From Eledone cirrhosa (taxonomy: Eukaryota), in NCBI GenBank assembly GCA_964016885.1, contig OZ024757.1, forward strand, positions 32,860,001 to 32,924,000: a stretch of 64,000 nt of DNA. The letters run 5' to 3'. The notes under the pieces are model-generated. The model was not told the origin of the DNA. It did not search any database and worked only from the letters and a program-made list of their open reading frames with translations. The translations under genes were made by a program, and so were the position numbers. How positions within the stretch are numbered: the stretch's first letter is position 1; every line of letters begins with the position of its first letter. This document shows, one piece after another, positions 14,058-26,700 of the stretch.

Positions 14058-14507
14058 TAAAGCTCTGACATCAGGCAACTGACTTGGTAGACACCCACAA
14101 AACTCTTAACCATCTTGCCAACAACAACCCCGAGCACCTCTTTGAATTCCATATGTCTAACACCTGTGGACATGTTTACAAAATCAGAAAACAGCACAGC
14201 TCCCATGACTTTCAGAAACATTTTTTCACACAAGTTGCTGAAGTATGGAACAAACTACCTGCATCAGTTGTTAGCTGTCGGGACACTGCATCCTTCAAAA
14301 CTTCCATGCTTCCCCAAATTCGCCAACACTACACCTGATATTCCCCCTCCATAAACACGCACGAATGTATCTGTGTATATATCATGATTCATACACTGTT
14401 CGCTTTCCTGACATTTGTACATTATTCTCTGTACTATACATGCACCTTTGATGAGTTGTAGTGCACGTGAGCACTGTACACAATAATTTTCATTAATATT
14501 ATTATTA
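14058..14507 (+). mobile_element. CR1-type LINE 3' fragment in the 3' flank of ZNF B
   Basis: ...KHFFTQVAEVWNKLPASVVSCRDTASFK, 3' UTR and (ATT)n tail; preceded by a minus-strand SINE at ~13865-14042. Confidence 0.85.
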
Positions 14508-14591
14508 AGAAACGATAATTTAAACAGAATTATTTCTGAAATATTTCCCAGTGATAAATGTTCTCTGTGTAATTATTGGTGAATGAGTTTC

Positions 14592-15671
14592 TCAAGTTTC
14601 CAGTTTCAAACGTTTTTCTCCAGTGTGTCTTCGTTTGTGTTTTTTTAAATAATTGCCAGCGATAAATGTTTTCCCACATATTTCACAACAATAGGGTTTT
14701 TCTCCAGTGTGAGTACGTTTGTGAATTGTGAGTTTAGGGTTTTCTTTGAATGATTTCCCACATATCTCACAACCGAAGGGTTTTTCTTCAGAGTGACTAC
14801 GTTTGTGTGCTTTTAAGTGACTATGAGAGACAAATGTTGACGGACACAATTCACAACTGTAGGGTTTTTCTCCAGTATGACTACGTTTGTGGATTGTAAG
14901 CTTAGAATTTTCATTAAAAGATTTTCCACATGTATCACAGCCATAGGGTTTTTCTCCAGTGTGACTACGAATGTGTACCTCCAGATTCGAATGATCAAAG
15001 AAGGATTTCCCACATATTTCACAGTGAAACGATTTTTCTCCAGTGTGTATTCTTGTGTGTCTTGTTAACTCACAGTTATTGACAAATGCTGTACCACATA
15101 TTTCACAGTGAAATGGTTTTATTCCCGTATGTAATGATTTGTGTCTTTTTAAATTACTGTTAGAGACGAAATGTTTCCCACATATTTCACAATGACTTGG
15201 TTTTTCTCCAGTGTGTATTCTTTTGTGACCTACAAGACTAGAACTAGCAGAGAATGATTTCCCACATATTTCACAATGATAGGGTTTTTCACCTGTGTGT
15301 ACTCTTATGTGAGCTACAAGGTGAGAATTAATAGAGAACGATTTCCCACATATCTCACAGTGGTACGGTCTTTCTCCAGTATGTATTCTTTTGTGAACTG
15401 TTAACTGACTGCTATTAACAAATGATTTCCCACATGTTTTACAGGGGTACGGTCTTTCGCCAGTATGTATTCTTTTATGTTCTGTTAAATTTCTCTTATT
15501 CATAAAGGTTTTCCCACATATTTCACAGTCAACATTTTTGTGTAATGACTTTTGTTTGTTAAGTGTTTCACCACATAAAGCTGGTTTCACATCAGTGCAT
15601 GTCCGTGTTACTGAATCTATATTGGTAAAAACAGTTGTATTACATATGTCTGTCTGTTTAACGTCCTCCAT
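14592..15671 (-). CDS. C2H2 zinc-finger protein B, 359 aa, 11 tandem fingers
   Basis: Intact ATG-to-TGA ORF with 11 CxxC-12-Hxxx H fingers and TGEKP-type linkers; no recognisable N-terminal effector domain. Confidence 0.92.
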   Translation of the reverse strand: MEDVKQTDICNTTVFTNIDSVTRTCTDVKPALCGETLNKQKSLHKNVDCEICGKTFMNKRNLTEHKRIHTGERPYPCKTCGKSFVNSSQLTVHKRIHTGERPYHCEICGKSFSINSHLVAHIRVHTGEKPYHCEICGKSFSASSSLVGHKRIHTGEKPSHCEICGKHFVSNSNLKRHKSLHTGIKPFHCEICGTAFVNNCELTRHTRIHTGEKSFHCEICGKSFFDHSNLEVHIRSHTGEKPYGCDTCGKSFNENSKLTIHKRSHTGEKPYSCELCPSTFVSHSHLKAHKRSHSEEKPFGCEICGKSFKENPKLTIHKRTHTGEKPYCCEICGKTFIAGNYLKKHKRRHTGEKRLKLET

Positions 15672-16429
15672 ATTAATCCGAGAGTTCTTAAAAGCAGGAA
15701 CTTTCTTTCGCTGTAATATATTATGGATCAGTTTCTGCTTTTAGATATCACGGAACTTTGGTCACAAAATGTGGAAAATATGCATTGTAGCTATATTTTC
15801 TACTTACCAGTAGAATATTTAATGCTGACTGGAACCTTTCCACGTAATACACATATACTGTTGTAGACAAAGAGATTTGTATTCCTTCGTTAATAACTGT
15901 GGTTATGATTAATGAATTCTATGTTGTATAAATAAAAAGAATACACAGTCCATCAGATCGTAATACTTCTACTTCAGATTGTAATGATACGTTCTGTTAG
16001 CAGAGATGTAAAGTAAGAAAATGTGTCAGACAAACAGAATAATAATAATCCCTACGAAGTAGTAAAGATAATTTAGAAGGCGGTGTTTGTTGACAGCTTT
16101 GCCCTTGCAGAAATATCCGTGTGACATATGTTTACGGTTGATAAAGTAATATGATACTTTGGGAAACACTTTAAATTGTATTTAACCCAAGTAAATAAAG
16201 AAAACATCACCCAGAAAAATAACTATTGTTTTTACCAGCATTAGATTAAACAAGGAGAAAAAACGTAGAGAAAATTCCGTCCAGTCGTAATGGTCAATGT
16301 AAAAATGTAACTATGCTTGCTGGATCACCGAAACGAATTAGTGAATACTTCAAAATAAGTAAACATTGCACCCTATACGTTACGTAATACAGTATATAAT
16401 TGATGTTATGACTACATAAGTTCAGAATA

Positions 16430-17022
16430 TCTATCTATCTATCTATCTTCTATATATTACTACAACTCTGTGATTGCTTGCTTGTCTGTAATGTAATACA
16501 GGCAAAAGGGCACATAATGGGAAAATACTTTGAAAGGAAGTTACCCCTGAAATAGGAATACAAATGGAATAAAAGAAGTTTCGCGTAAATCGAAGCACAT
16601 GTTCCCGAGATATGGGGTTTTTTCCGGGTACCTTCATAAACAGAGAGAGAAAGAGATAGTGGTTGTGAGAGAGTAGATTGAAAGAGAGACATAGAGAGAA
16701 GGAGAATGGAAGAGAGAGAGAGCTGATGTTGTTGTGTATATGTATATGTGAATGTGTGTGTATATTTCTTTGACCAGTGTATATAGATCACAGACCCCCC
16801 CCCCCACACACATATATATATATATAGTAATAATATATATAATAATAATAAACACACACACACACATATATATATATACACACACATTTATATATATACA
16901 TACACACATATATAGATGGGCCTTCCAGTTTCATTTCACATTATATACATATCTGTGTATATTTTAATTATTTAATAAATATTTTGAAGTGAACGTGACC
17001 CAGCGGGTCACGGGTGGTCTAG
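16430..17022 (+). mobile_element. Non-autonomous Helitron
   Basis: 5' TC start; 3' hairpin CGTGACCC-agc-GGGTCACG then CTAG; inserted between A and T with no TSD; empty site gaata|tagttcataaat is present at 8237/8238. Confidence 0.88.
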
Positions 17023-17035
17023 TAGTTCATAAATA

Positions 17036-20000
17036 TAATAATAATGAAATTATTGTGTACAGTGCTCAGGTGCACTACAACTCATCAAAGGTGCATGTAT
17101 AGTACATCATCATCGTTTAACGTCCATCTTCCACGCTTGCATGGGTTTGGACGGGAGTTTTCCCACTTGAGGAAAGATTGGTTGTCCTGCTCGTATAGGA
17201 CTGTCTGCCGGGTTTTCTACAGCTGGATGCCCTTCCTAACACCAACCACGTTTACAGTGTGGACTGGGAGGTTTTTACCGTGTTACCTACACGGCCACAT
17301 TACAGCGTGGACTGTGTGTTTTTTTGTCGTGACACCTACACGACCTCATTGGTTTTGGACTGGATGTTGTGGTACCAACATAACTTCACATTGAAGGGGG
17401 TGGTGTGGATGGGGTGGGGGTAGTGGGACAGGGGTGTATTTTTGTTAGAGGTGCCTACTGACTGTAGGTTTCGCTTTGTACTTAGGCAAGGTGGATCTTC
17501 TGTATTACTGTGTAGCACCAAAGATCTCGGTCCAGTGACATTGTCTTGGAGAGGTGTAAGTGTGTGAGGTCGGAATTTATCAAGTCGTCCCAGGTTTTTC
17601 TGGGTCTGCCTACTCCGTGGCTACCGTCTATTTTTTCGCCCTGCACTTTTTGATACAGCTGTCGTCTTTCATGTGCATCACGTGACCGTACCAACGTAGT
17701 CTTCTCTCAAGTAAACAACATCTGATTCCTCTTATTCCTAATTTCTCCCTTAGTTCGTTTATGCTTCGTTTATGCTTTGCTGTTCACGTATATTACTATT
17801 ACACATCCAGCGGAGCATGCAAGCTTCGTTCCTCTCCAGTCTGCGTATATCCTCTGCACACAATGCCCAGGTCTCACTGCCATGTAACATTGCTGTTCGT
17901 ATGCAGGCATCATACAGCCTGCTTTTCATTTTTAGAGAGAACCCTTTAGCGGCCAATAGTGGTATAAGCTCTCTGAACTTTTTCCATCACGTTCTGACTC
18001 TAGCTACTGTACTTTCAGAGCACCCTCCCCCACTGCTGATTTTGTCACCCAGATAACGGAAGGTGTCCACTATTTCTATAGAACCATCTGTGCAATGGAG
18101 TGGGCACTTGCTGCTACTTATTGCACCAGAGTACATAGAATAATATACAAATGTCAGGGAAGTGAATAGTGTATGAGTCATGAAATACATGTGTGCGTGT
18201 GTATTGAGAGGGGATATCAGGTGTAGTGTTGGCGAATTTCAGGAAGTATGGAGGTTTTAAAGGATGCAGTGTCTCGACAGCTAACAACTGATGCAGGTAG
18301 TTTGTTCCATGCTTCAGCAACTCTGAGTGTGAAAAAATGTTTCCGAAAGTCATGGGAGCTGTGCTGTTTTCTGGCTTTGTAGGCATGTCCAGGTGTGTTA
18401 GACACATGGAAATCAAAAAGGTACTCAGGGTTGTTGTTGGCAAGATGGTTAGTAATTTTGTGGGTGTTTACCAAGTCAGTTGCCAGACGTCGGAGCTTCA
18501 ATGTATCCATGCCCAGGGAAGGAAGGTGTTCAGAGTATGGTAGATGCCTGATGGAGAGTATTCGCTTGGTTGCACGTGTGAACAGTTTCCAGGCAGTCAA
18601 TGTTCTGATAGGGGTTCCAGACTGGTGATGCAAATTCTAAGTGTGGCCACACCATAGCTATATACAGCTTTAAATAGATAGCTAGAGAGTGCTAAGACAC
18701 CCTCAGCCTTCTTGACAATTTTAGAGACGTGCTTCGTCCAACGCAAATCGCTGCTGACAGTAATGCCCAGGTCACGTTCAATGATATTCTTAATATTAGT
18801 GTTGTGGAGGGAGTAGGTGGACGCTGGGTTTTTACTCCCAAAATGCATAGTGGTACACTTGTCCACAACCAGCTTGAGTTGCCAGTCCATGATCCATTGT
18901 TGCATTGTGTCCAGGTCAGATTGCAGGCAAGATCTATAGTGTTCAGGATCTGTCCTTTTTATCTCAATGTACAGCTTGATGTCATCTGCATATTTCAGTA
19001 CTGTGGCATTCTTTAAGTTGGCATCTATATCATTAATATATGCCACAAACAAAAGGGGACCAAGAACAGATCCCTATGGTACACCAGATGACATCTCATA
19101 CGGTGAGGAATGCTGTCCTAGAACCGTGACTATCTCTCTTCGACTGAGAATGAAGGACGTCAACCAGTTAAAAAGATCATCCTTCACACCCATTGCAGAG
19201 AGTTTTGCCATAAGTCTTTTGTGTGGCACAGAATTGAAAGCTTTAGCAAAGTCAAGGTAAACAACATCCACCCATGAGCTGCCATCAGTGATCCGGGTGA
19301 TGTCTTCAAGAAACTTGATAAGTTGATCACAGCAGCTGGAGTTAGGAATAAATCCAAATTGCGAGGGCCGGATAAGACTGTGAGAGTTCCAGAAGTTCCA
19401 AAGTGTTTCTCTGACACAGGATTCCATCAGTTTGGCAATGCAACTAGTAAGACTGACTGGATGATAGTTCACAGGTGATGTGCGGTCACCCTTTTTGAAT
19501 AGAGGAATGACACTGGCAGTTTTCCACTGTTCTGGAGTAGCACCATTGTTCAGACAGAATTGGAAGAAGCGTGATAGCTGGTGCAGAAGGAAGTACCCAC
19601 CACGTTTGAGAAGCAGGTACGTAATACCATCAAAACCAGGAGAGGCATGGTTGCGTTTATTTTAAAGGTGACGTCACAGCATTGCAGGTGTAAATTCCAT
19701 AGTTGTAATAGAATCCGATGTCAGAGATGGTACACTCTGGTCTTCAACAGTGAAAATACCTGCATAGCATTCAGCAATGAGTTCTGTGCATTCCTTGGGG
19801 CTGTCAGTAACCTGGCTTTTGTGGGGATTGTGAAGAGGACCAACTGGAGAGTGAGGCCCCTGCTTTGAGTGAACATAGTTCCAGAACACCTTACTGCCAG
19901 GGTTGGTTGCTATGCACTGCTCAAATTCAAGCACTGCATTTTTTGTCACCTGCTTGAGATGGTTGGATGCTTTATTTCGCTTTTTCCTATTGATATCTGG

Positions 20001-22180
20001 TTTATGCAGTTTGTACTCACGTTCAGCATTACAACGTTCTTTCCTGGCAAGACGGACTGCTGCAGTCTCCCAAATTGTACTTTTGGGGTGTTTTTTCTGC
20101 TTACGTAGCACCGATGCTGCACCTGCTGTCCATATTGAGTTCAGGATGTTCTGGAGTACAGTGTTGACATCTCTAGAGTTGTAAAACTCAAGCCAAATTG
20201 GACGTTGCAGCTCGGTGCAGTAACAGTTCCAGTCTGCTTTATTCCAGTCAAAGTGAGCAGTTTGGAGATGGTTGTGGTTTTTGTTACTGACCATGAGGGA
20301 CAAATTGGCAATGATCAGTCACCTAAAGGTTCCTCAGTAGTAACACTAATAACCGTTTCAGGAGTAGTGGTGAAGAGTAGATCCAAAGTGTTGCCACCTC
20401 TTGTTGGGGACGTGACTACTTGGGGCCAGTTCGAGTCCAGCACTAGCTCAAGGAAATCATTTGCTCTTTGCAGCCAACGAATGGTTTCCCAGTCAATCTC
20501 AGGGTGATTGTAGTCCCCTGCAATAAAAACATAAGTGGCTGTTTTCCTGGCAGCAGCTCTGAGGATTTCACAAAGTTTAGTGTCTTGATGGTAACTTGGG
20601 GGACGGTAAACGATTCCAAGTAGCAGTGTTGACATGGTCATACGTATATCGCAGAAAAATACTTCTTGCTGCGATTGGTTCAAATTAACACAAGGTATTG
20701 CTGAAAAATTTGACCCAACGTAGACCATTACACCACCGCCACGATTAATGCAGTCTTTACGAAACAAGCTAGAGCCAGTTATGCTGAAAACCCCATCACA
20801 AAGTAAGGAATGTGCCCATGTTTCCGTGACTGTAATGAAGTCAGGGTCGATACTTTTGACGTAGGGGTCAAAAAGATGTATCTTATTGTATAGACTACGT
20901 GCATTTAAGGACAACAATTTGTACCTTGATTCCAGTCTATGATTATGTGCAGGGGATTGCAGGTTGTTCTGATTTAGTTTTTCAGTTTTTTTTATTGTCA
21001 GTTGTTATGGACGCAGTGTTTTCAGACCAGCTGGTATCTCTTTTCCATGTTTCCCCAGCCTTAATAAACTTCGATATCTGTCCATCCTCACGTAGACTGA
21101 AGCTTTCATGTTCTGTCGAGTTGCGGTTTAAGGAAGCTGCAGCACGCAGCTTTGGGCAGACATCAGGTGGAAGACCAGGACGTGTTCAGAAGGCAATCCA
21201 ACTTTCACACCTAGTTTTATCAGAGGCCAAAAGATATGAATGTGCCTCAGTTGAGTTCGAAAAAGACAGTCTAACTAGCCTGGGTTTCGGACCTGGTCGG
21301 CCAAGGCATAGAGCACTCTTCAGGGGAGCACAGCCCAAGTCTTTGGATGAACTGGCAGCAAATGTCTGAAGATCAACTATGTCTTCTGGTGCACCAATAG
21401 CAATCACTTCATTGTTTACAGATTCAGTGGCATTCTTAATGCATCTAGATTCGGCAAGAGGTACGCAGAGATTTTTTTTAACAAAGCACTCCGGTAAGAT
21501 CCCTCATTGTGAGGTTCTACACACGAATGCTTGATTTGATTCCTGCTATTTCTCGGTTTAAAGCAGAAATCATTTGCAGTATTTCTGCAAACTCTGTATT
21601 GATGGTTGATTTTTGTTGTTGTTCTCTTCTTCTTCAACAGGCATGGTAGGGGAAGACACAGTCGTCGGCTGTTGTTAAAAAGTAACTGGGGAGGAAGACA
21701 CAGTCGTCGGCTGTTGTTAAAAAGTAACTGGGGAGGAAGACATGGGTTGCTGTTGTTGATGAAGTCCTTCAACAGGTGTAGTAATGGAAGCCACTGTTGT
21801 TCGGGAACAATGGTAGAGGAAACACGATTGTCAGTTTTTGTTGTTGTTGTTCAACAGCAATGGTAGAGGCAGACACACAAGCCAGGCACTGAAAGGACCA
21901 ATTTAGTAGCTGGACCATTTCCCAGAGCCGATCCATCATAAAAGTATGGTGTCTCTTTTTCTGACCTGGGATCTTTTGAAAGTTTGTGGCACATTGAAGA
22001 CAAACAGAAACATGACATTTGCCACATTCGACCCTTCGATTTCGGAAGGAGTTCTCTGGTTCTGTACATAGATCACAGAGGTGATTTTCTGGGCAATATT
22101 CTACTTTGGAATATGAAAAAAAAAAAAGGAAGACGTAAAGAGGAGATCTGGCTGTATAGGAAAGTAGAAGAAAGATGTCA
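17036..22180 (-). mobile_element. Near full-length degenerate CR1-clade LINE (ORF1 + APE/RT ORF2)
   Basis: APE motifs LSLNARSL, TETW, YRPP, GDYN, PTRGGNTLDL (20315-20917); RT motifs YLDFAKAF, SGVP, YADD (18597-19472); FFTLRVAEAWNKLP C-terminus. Cys-rich ORF1 N-terminus near 21980-22110 and PKPRLVRLSF motif near 21280. Multiple stops and frameshifts; 5' boundary approximate. Confidence 0.9.
17108..18129 (-). mobile_element. RTE LINE fragment nested in the CR1 3' UTR
   Basis: YLGDKISSGGGC...HGSETW...RPRKTW on the minus strand; flanked by direct repeat AGTACAT (17101-17107, 18130-18136); CR1 UTR is contiguous once it is removed. Confidence 0.85.
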
Positions 22181-22182
22181 CA

Positions 22183-22515
22183 AACTCTGTTATCCAGATA
22201 TCATAGTTAGAGACTCTGGTATTATGTTCAGGATTTAGGTATTGCAATGAGCAATAGACCTTCGAGGATTAGAAACCAACATCTGTCAAAGAGTAAAGAT
22301 ATCGCAAGCTCTCCTATCCAGATGTCATAACCAGAGACTCTGGTATTGATGTTCAGGATTTAGGTAATGTAATAGATGACAGACCTATGTAGTTTGGAAA
22401 CCATCTAGCAAATGTCAAACAGTTTGCAAGCTCTCCTGTCCAGATGTCATAGCCAGAGAGTGGTACTGATGTTTGGGATCAAGGCAATGCAACAAGCAAT
22501 AGACCTACATGGAGA
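22183..22515. repeat. Diverged ~122-bp tandem repeat, about 2.7 copies
   Basis: ctctcctatccagatgtcata..agagactctggtattgatgttcaggatttaggt recurs near 22185, 22310 and 22430. Confidence 0.7.
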
Positions 22516-22957
22516 TTATTTGTTGGGTCTATTTCAGCTGAGGTCACAAGATGATGATGAGATATACCAACAAGAAACAGGAAAACATCTAATTTGGAGT
22601 AAAATTACTTTATAGACAGCGTAGCTCAGAGATCAGAGAATCACTCCAGGTTGACCCACTACAGCTCCGATATTATGGGCTTGTGGTTAGAATGTTTCAG
22701 GAAAGAATTGTTGGACAAATTTTATGGGCAAAACCAACCAGCAGGAGACCAGGGGTAGACCCTGAACAAGATAGTTAGATGGCTGGTCACACTTGGGAAT
22801 GCAGCTGGATCAATTGGAGATGGTTGGCTCTGACAGGACCTGCTAGAAGGGGTGTTTGAAGACTCTGCTCTCATGGCCCTCCCAGGAATAAGAAGAAATA
22901 TTAAGTAGTATGTTTGCTTTATTGTATTTAACATGGCCAACATTTTTGACACTGATG

Positions 22958-25237
22958 TCATTCTTCTTCTGTATGAAGACATATATGATTATTTAAATTA
23001 CTTTTTTGAGAGAAAGATTTACCACAGATATCGCAGTGATATGGCTTCTCTCCTGTATGTACACGTCTGTGTTTAGTTAAGTCACCACTCCCAGAGAATG
23101 TTTTATCACAAATATCACAGGGATATGGATTCTCACCAGTATGAATACGTTTGTGAATAGTTAATTGACTATTTTGGGAGCATGTTTTACCACAGATATC
23201 ACAGTGATATGGTTTCTCTCCAGTATGAACACGTTTGTGAGTAGTTAAGTGACTACTTTCAGAGAATGATTTATCACAGATTTCACATTGATATGGTTTC
23301 TCTCCTGTATGAATGCGCTTGTGAGTTGTTAAGTCACTACTTCCAGAGAATGCTTTACCACAGATATCACAAAGATATGGCTTCTCTCCTGTATGAATAC
23401 GTTTGTGTTTAGTCACAGAACTACTTACAGAGAATGTTTTACCACAAATATCACAGTGATATGGTTTTTCTCCTGTATGAATGCGTTTGTGAGAAGTTAA
23501 GTGGTTTATTTGAGAGAATGATTTACCACAGATATCACAGTGATATGGCTTCTCTCCTGTATGAATACGTTCATGTGAAGTTAAGTGACTACTTAAAGAG
23601 AATGATTTACCACAAATAGCACAGTGATATGGCTTCTCTCCTGTATGAATGCGTTTGTGTTTAGTTAAGTAACCTAATGCAGAGAATGATTTACCACAGA
23701 TATCACAATGATATGGTTTTTCTCCTGTATGAATACGTTTGTGTTTAGTCACAGCACTACTTCCAGAGAATGTTTTACCACAAATAGCACAGTGATATGA
23801 CTTCTCTTCTGTATGAATGCATTTGTGTTTAGTTAAGTAACCTAATACAGAGAATGATTTACCACAGATATCACAATATGGTTTTTCTCCTGTATGAATA
23901 CGTTTGTGTTTAGTCACAGCACTACTTCCAGAGAATGTTTTACCACAAATAGCACAGTGATATGACTTCTCTTCTGTATGAATGCATTTGTGTTTAGTTA
24001 AGTAACCTAATACAGAGAATGATTTACCACAGATATCACAATGATATGGTTTTTCTCCTGTATGAATACATTTGTGTTTAGTCACAGCACTATTTCCAGA
24101 GAATGTTTTACCACAAATAGCACAGTGATATGACTTCTCTCCTGTATGAATGCGTTTGTGTTTAGTTAAGTAACCTAATGCAGAGAATGATTTACCACAG
24201 ATATCACAATGGTATGGTTTTTCTCCTGTATGAATACGTTTGTGTTTAGTCACAGCACTATTTCCAGAGAATGTTTTACCACAAATAGCACAGTGATATG
24301 ACTTCTCTCCTGTATGAATGCGTTTGTGTTTAGTTAAGTAACCTAATGCAGAGAATGATTTACCACAGATATCACAATGATATGGCTTTTCTCCTGTATG
24401 ACTACGTTTGTGAGAAGTTAATTTACCATTTCCAGAAAATGATTTACCACAGATATCATAGTGATATGGTTTCTCTGCTATATGAATAGCGTTGTGTTTA
24501 GTTAGAGCATAATATACAGAGAATGATTTACCACAAATGTCACAGTGATATGGCTTCTCTCCTGTATGAATACGTTTGTGAGTGGTTAAGTAACTATTTT
24601 CGGAAAATGATTTACCACAGATATCGCAGTGATATGGTTTCTCTCTTGTATGTACACGTTTGTGTTTAGTTAAGTCACCACTCCCAGAGAATGTTTTATC
24701 ACAAATATCACAGTAATATGGATTCTCACCAGTATGAATACGTTTGTGAATAGTTAATTGACTATTTTGGGAACATGTTTTACCACAGATATCACAGTGA
24801 TATGGTTTCTCTCCAGTATGAACACGTTTGTGAGTAGTTAAGTGACTACTTTCAGAGAATGATTTATCACAGATTTCACATTGATATGGTTTCTCTCCTG
24901 TATGAATGCGCTTGTGAGTTGTTAAGTCACTACATCCAGAGAATGCTTTACCACAGATATCACAAAGATATGGCTTCTCTCCTGTATGAATACGTTTGTG
25001 TTTAGTCACAGAACTACTTACAGAGAATGTTTTACCACAAATATCACAGTGATATGGTTTTTCTCCTGTATGAATGCGTTTGTGAGTAGTTAAGGGGTTT
25101 CTTTGAGAGAATGATTTACCACAGATATCACAGTCATGTAATGTATTTCCCTTCTCTTTCTTTAAAACATAAGAAAAATCAACCTCTTTAGACTCTGTTT
25201 CACATTTAACCTCAGTCTCAAATAATTGATTTTCCAT
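22958..25237 (-). CDS. C2H2 zinc-finger protein C, ~759-779 aa, 26 tandem fingers
   Basis: Uninterrupted ORF; probable start MENQLFE at 25237, with an upstream in-frame ATG at 25297. Finger 9 has C->Y. Strong minus-strand acceptor at 25621 suggests a spliced 5' UTR. Confidence 0.92.
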   Translation of the reverse strand: MENQLFETEVKCETESKEVDFSYVLKKEKGNTLHDCDICGKSFSQRNPLTTHKRIHTGEKPYHCDICGKTFSVSSSVTKHKRIHTGEKPYLCDICGKAFSGCSDLTTHKRIHTGEKPYQCEICDKSFSESSHLTTHKRVHTGEKPYHCDICGKTCSQNSQLTIHKRIHTGENPYYCDICDKTFSGSGDLTKHKRVHTREKPYHCDICGKSFSENSYLTTHKRIHTGEKPYHCDICGKSFSVYYALTKHNAIHIAEKPYHYDICGKSFSGNGKLTSHKRSHTGEKPYHCDICGKSFSALGYLTKHKRIHTGEKSYHCAICGKTFSGNSAVTKHKRIHTGEKPYHCDICGKSFSALGYLTKHKRIHTGEKSYHCAICGKTFSGNSAVTKHKCIHTGEKPYHCDICGKSFSVLGYLTKHKCIHTEEKSYHCAICGKTFSGSSAVTKHKRIHTGEKPYCDICGKSFSVLGYLTKHKCIHTEEKSYHCAICGKTFSGSSAVTKHKRIHTGEKPYHCDICGKSFSALGYLTKHKRIHTGEKPYHCAICGKSFSLSSHLTSHERIHTGEKPYHCDICGKSFSQINHLTSHKRIHTGEKPYHCDICGKTFSVSSSVTKHKRIHTGEKPYLCDICGKAFSGSSDLTTHKRIHTGEKPYQCEICDKSFSESSHLTTHKRVHTGEKPYHCDICGKTCSQNSQLTIHKRIHTGENPYPCDICDKTFSGSGDLTKHRRVHTGEKPYHCDICGKSFSQKSNLNNHICLHTEEE

Positions 25238-26029
25238 AATTTTTTGTCTTTTACCACAATATACAGTGATTTTCTTTTCTTTTCTTTTTGCTTTCATATT
25301 TTATTCCATGCTAGCGTGGAAAATGGAAGTTAAACAATGATGATGACGAGGATTCCTACCAAATATTTCTTTTGTTATATTTCTATCAACTATGATCTTT
25401 GTTGGCATCTGAAGATGTTGTAAACCACTTTGTAATCCAATTGTAATAGAAATGCAAAATCACATTGTACACATTCCAAAGAGAAATATTGCTATTAATC
25501 TCAGTTGAGAGGAAATATTTCACAGTAATTCTTCCATAGATTTATATAAACATTGATTTATCAGTTCTGTATGAAATTTTCCTTTACTTTTCAAATGATA
25601 TGCCAATGTCATTTGATATTCTAAAATAATAAAGAAACAGTATAAGATATAGAGAATACTTGAAAACATATATATATACTTTATAAACAACAATCAAAGA
25701 GTGTTTAGAACATTTAATCACTTACGATCGTTTCTTCCTAGCACAAGGCCGGAATCATCAGAGTATATAATAAAGGTTAAAACACAAATATAATATCAGA
25801 AGTTTGTCATAAGAACATTTTGAGGATACATAATATGGAAAGTAAGCATAAGTATCAACATTTATATAAGAAAAGATAGCAAATGTAGAAGTATTTCGGC
25901 TCTGTAATATACTTGTTATTTTACATTGAGCTATTCTAATACTTGTAACTGGATAATATTTAATATTACCCACATTATATATATATATATATATATGTGT
26001 GTATATATATATATTATATATATATATAT

Positions 26030-26700
26030 ATTCAAAACAGGACAAAGAAAATCGAAAAAAACAACGGAAAAACAGACTATCCCATCTCTTCAGCCAACTA
26101 CTGAAAATCACTACGGTTTCAGTACATTAATTACCGTGCAAATTAGGATGTAACAAAACAAGTAGAGACAAGCTATGCTTTTTGGAGAATTACACAAATA
26201 TAGATGAAAAAGTATCCCAACTAACAAAGAAAGGAGAAAATGGTGCACAAGGGCTTAGCTAAAGGAGAAAAATAGAAAAAACAAAAAAGAATAATAAGGA
26301 CTGCAGTCCAATGTGCAGACAAAGAAGAATGACACTAAAGTGTAGAAAAGTAAGAAGGGAAAATAGAAGAAAACAGACCGGATTGTCATTTGTCCTTATT
26401 TTGAATTCATAATCTAAAGACTTAATCATGGAGGCATTTTTTGAACCTACCATATAATAGATTTTTGTCAGTTGAAGCACTTGGGATACATTTTCATCTC
26501 TATTTGTGTAATTCACCAAAAGGCATAACTTACTTCTATCTGTTTTGCTATGCTTCAATGTGGAATAACTGGAATAAAGGGTATCAACCTTAATCCTGAA
26601 AGCATAGTGATTTCCAGAGGTTGGCTGAAGAAATGGGACTGTCCATTTTTCCATTGTAATTTCCATTGATTTTGTCATGTGCACCCTTATTTTGAATACA
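26030..26700. repeat. Diverged long inverted repeat (foldback-like element) between (TA)n tracts
   Basis: 26030-26230 (cccatctcttcagccaactactgaaaatcacta...gaattacacaaatatagatgaaaa) is the approximate reverse complement of 26460-26700. Confidence 0.7.

Noticed and set aside
17036-22180. Active autonomous LINE
   Set aside because: ORF1 and ORF2 are broken by many stops and frameshifts, and the 3' UTR is interrupted by another element.
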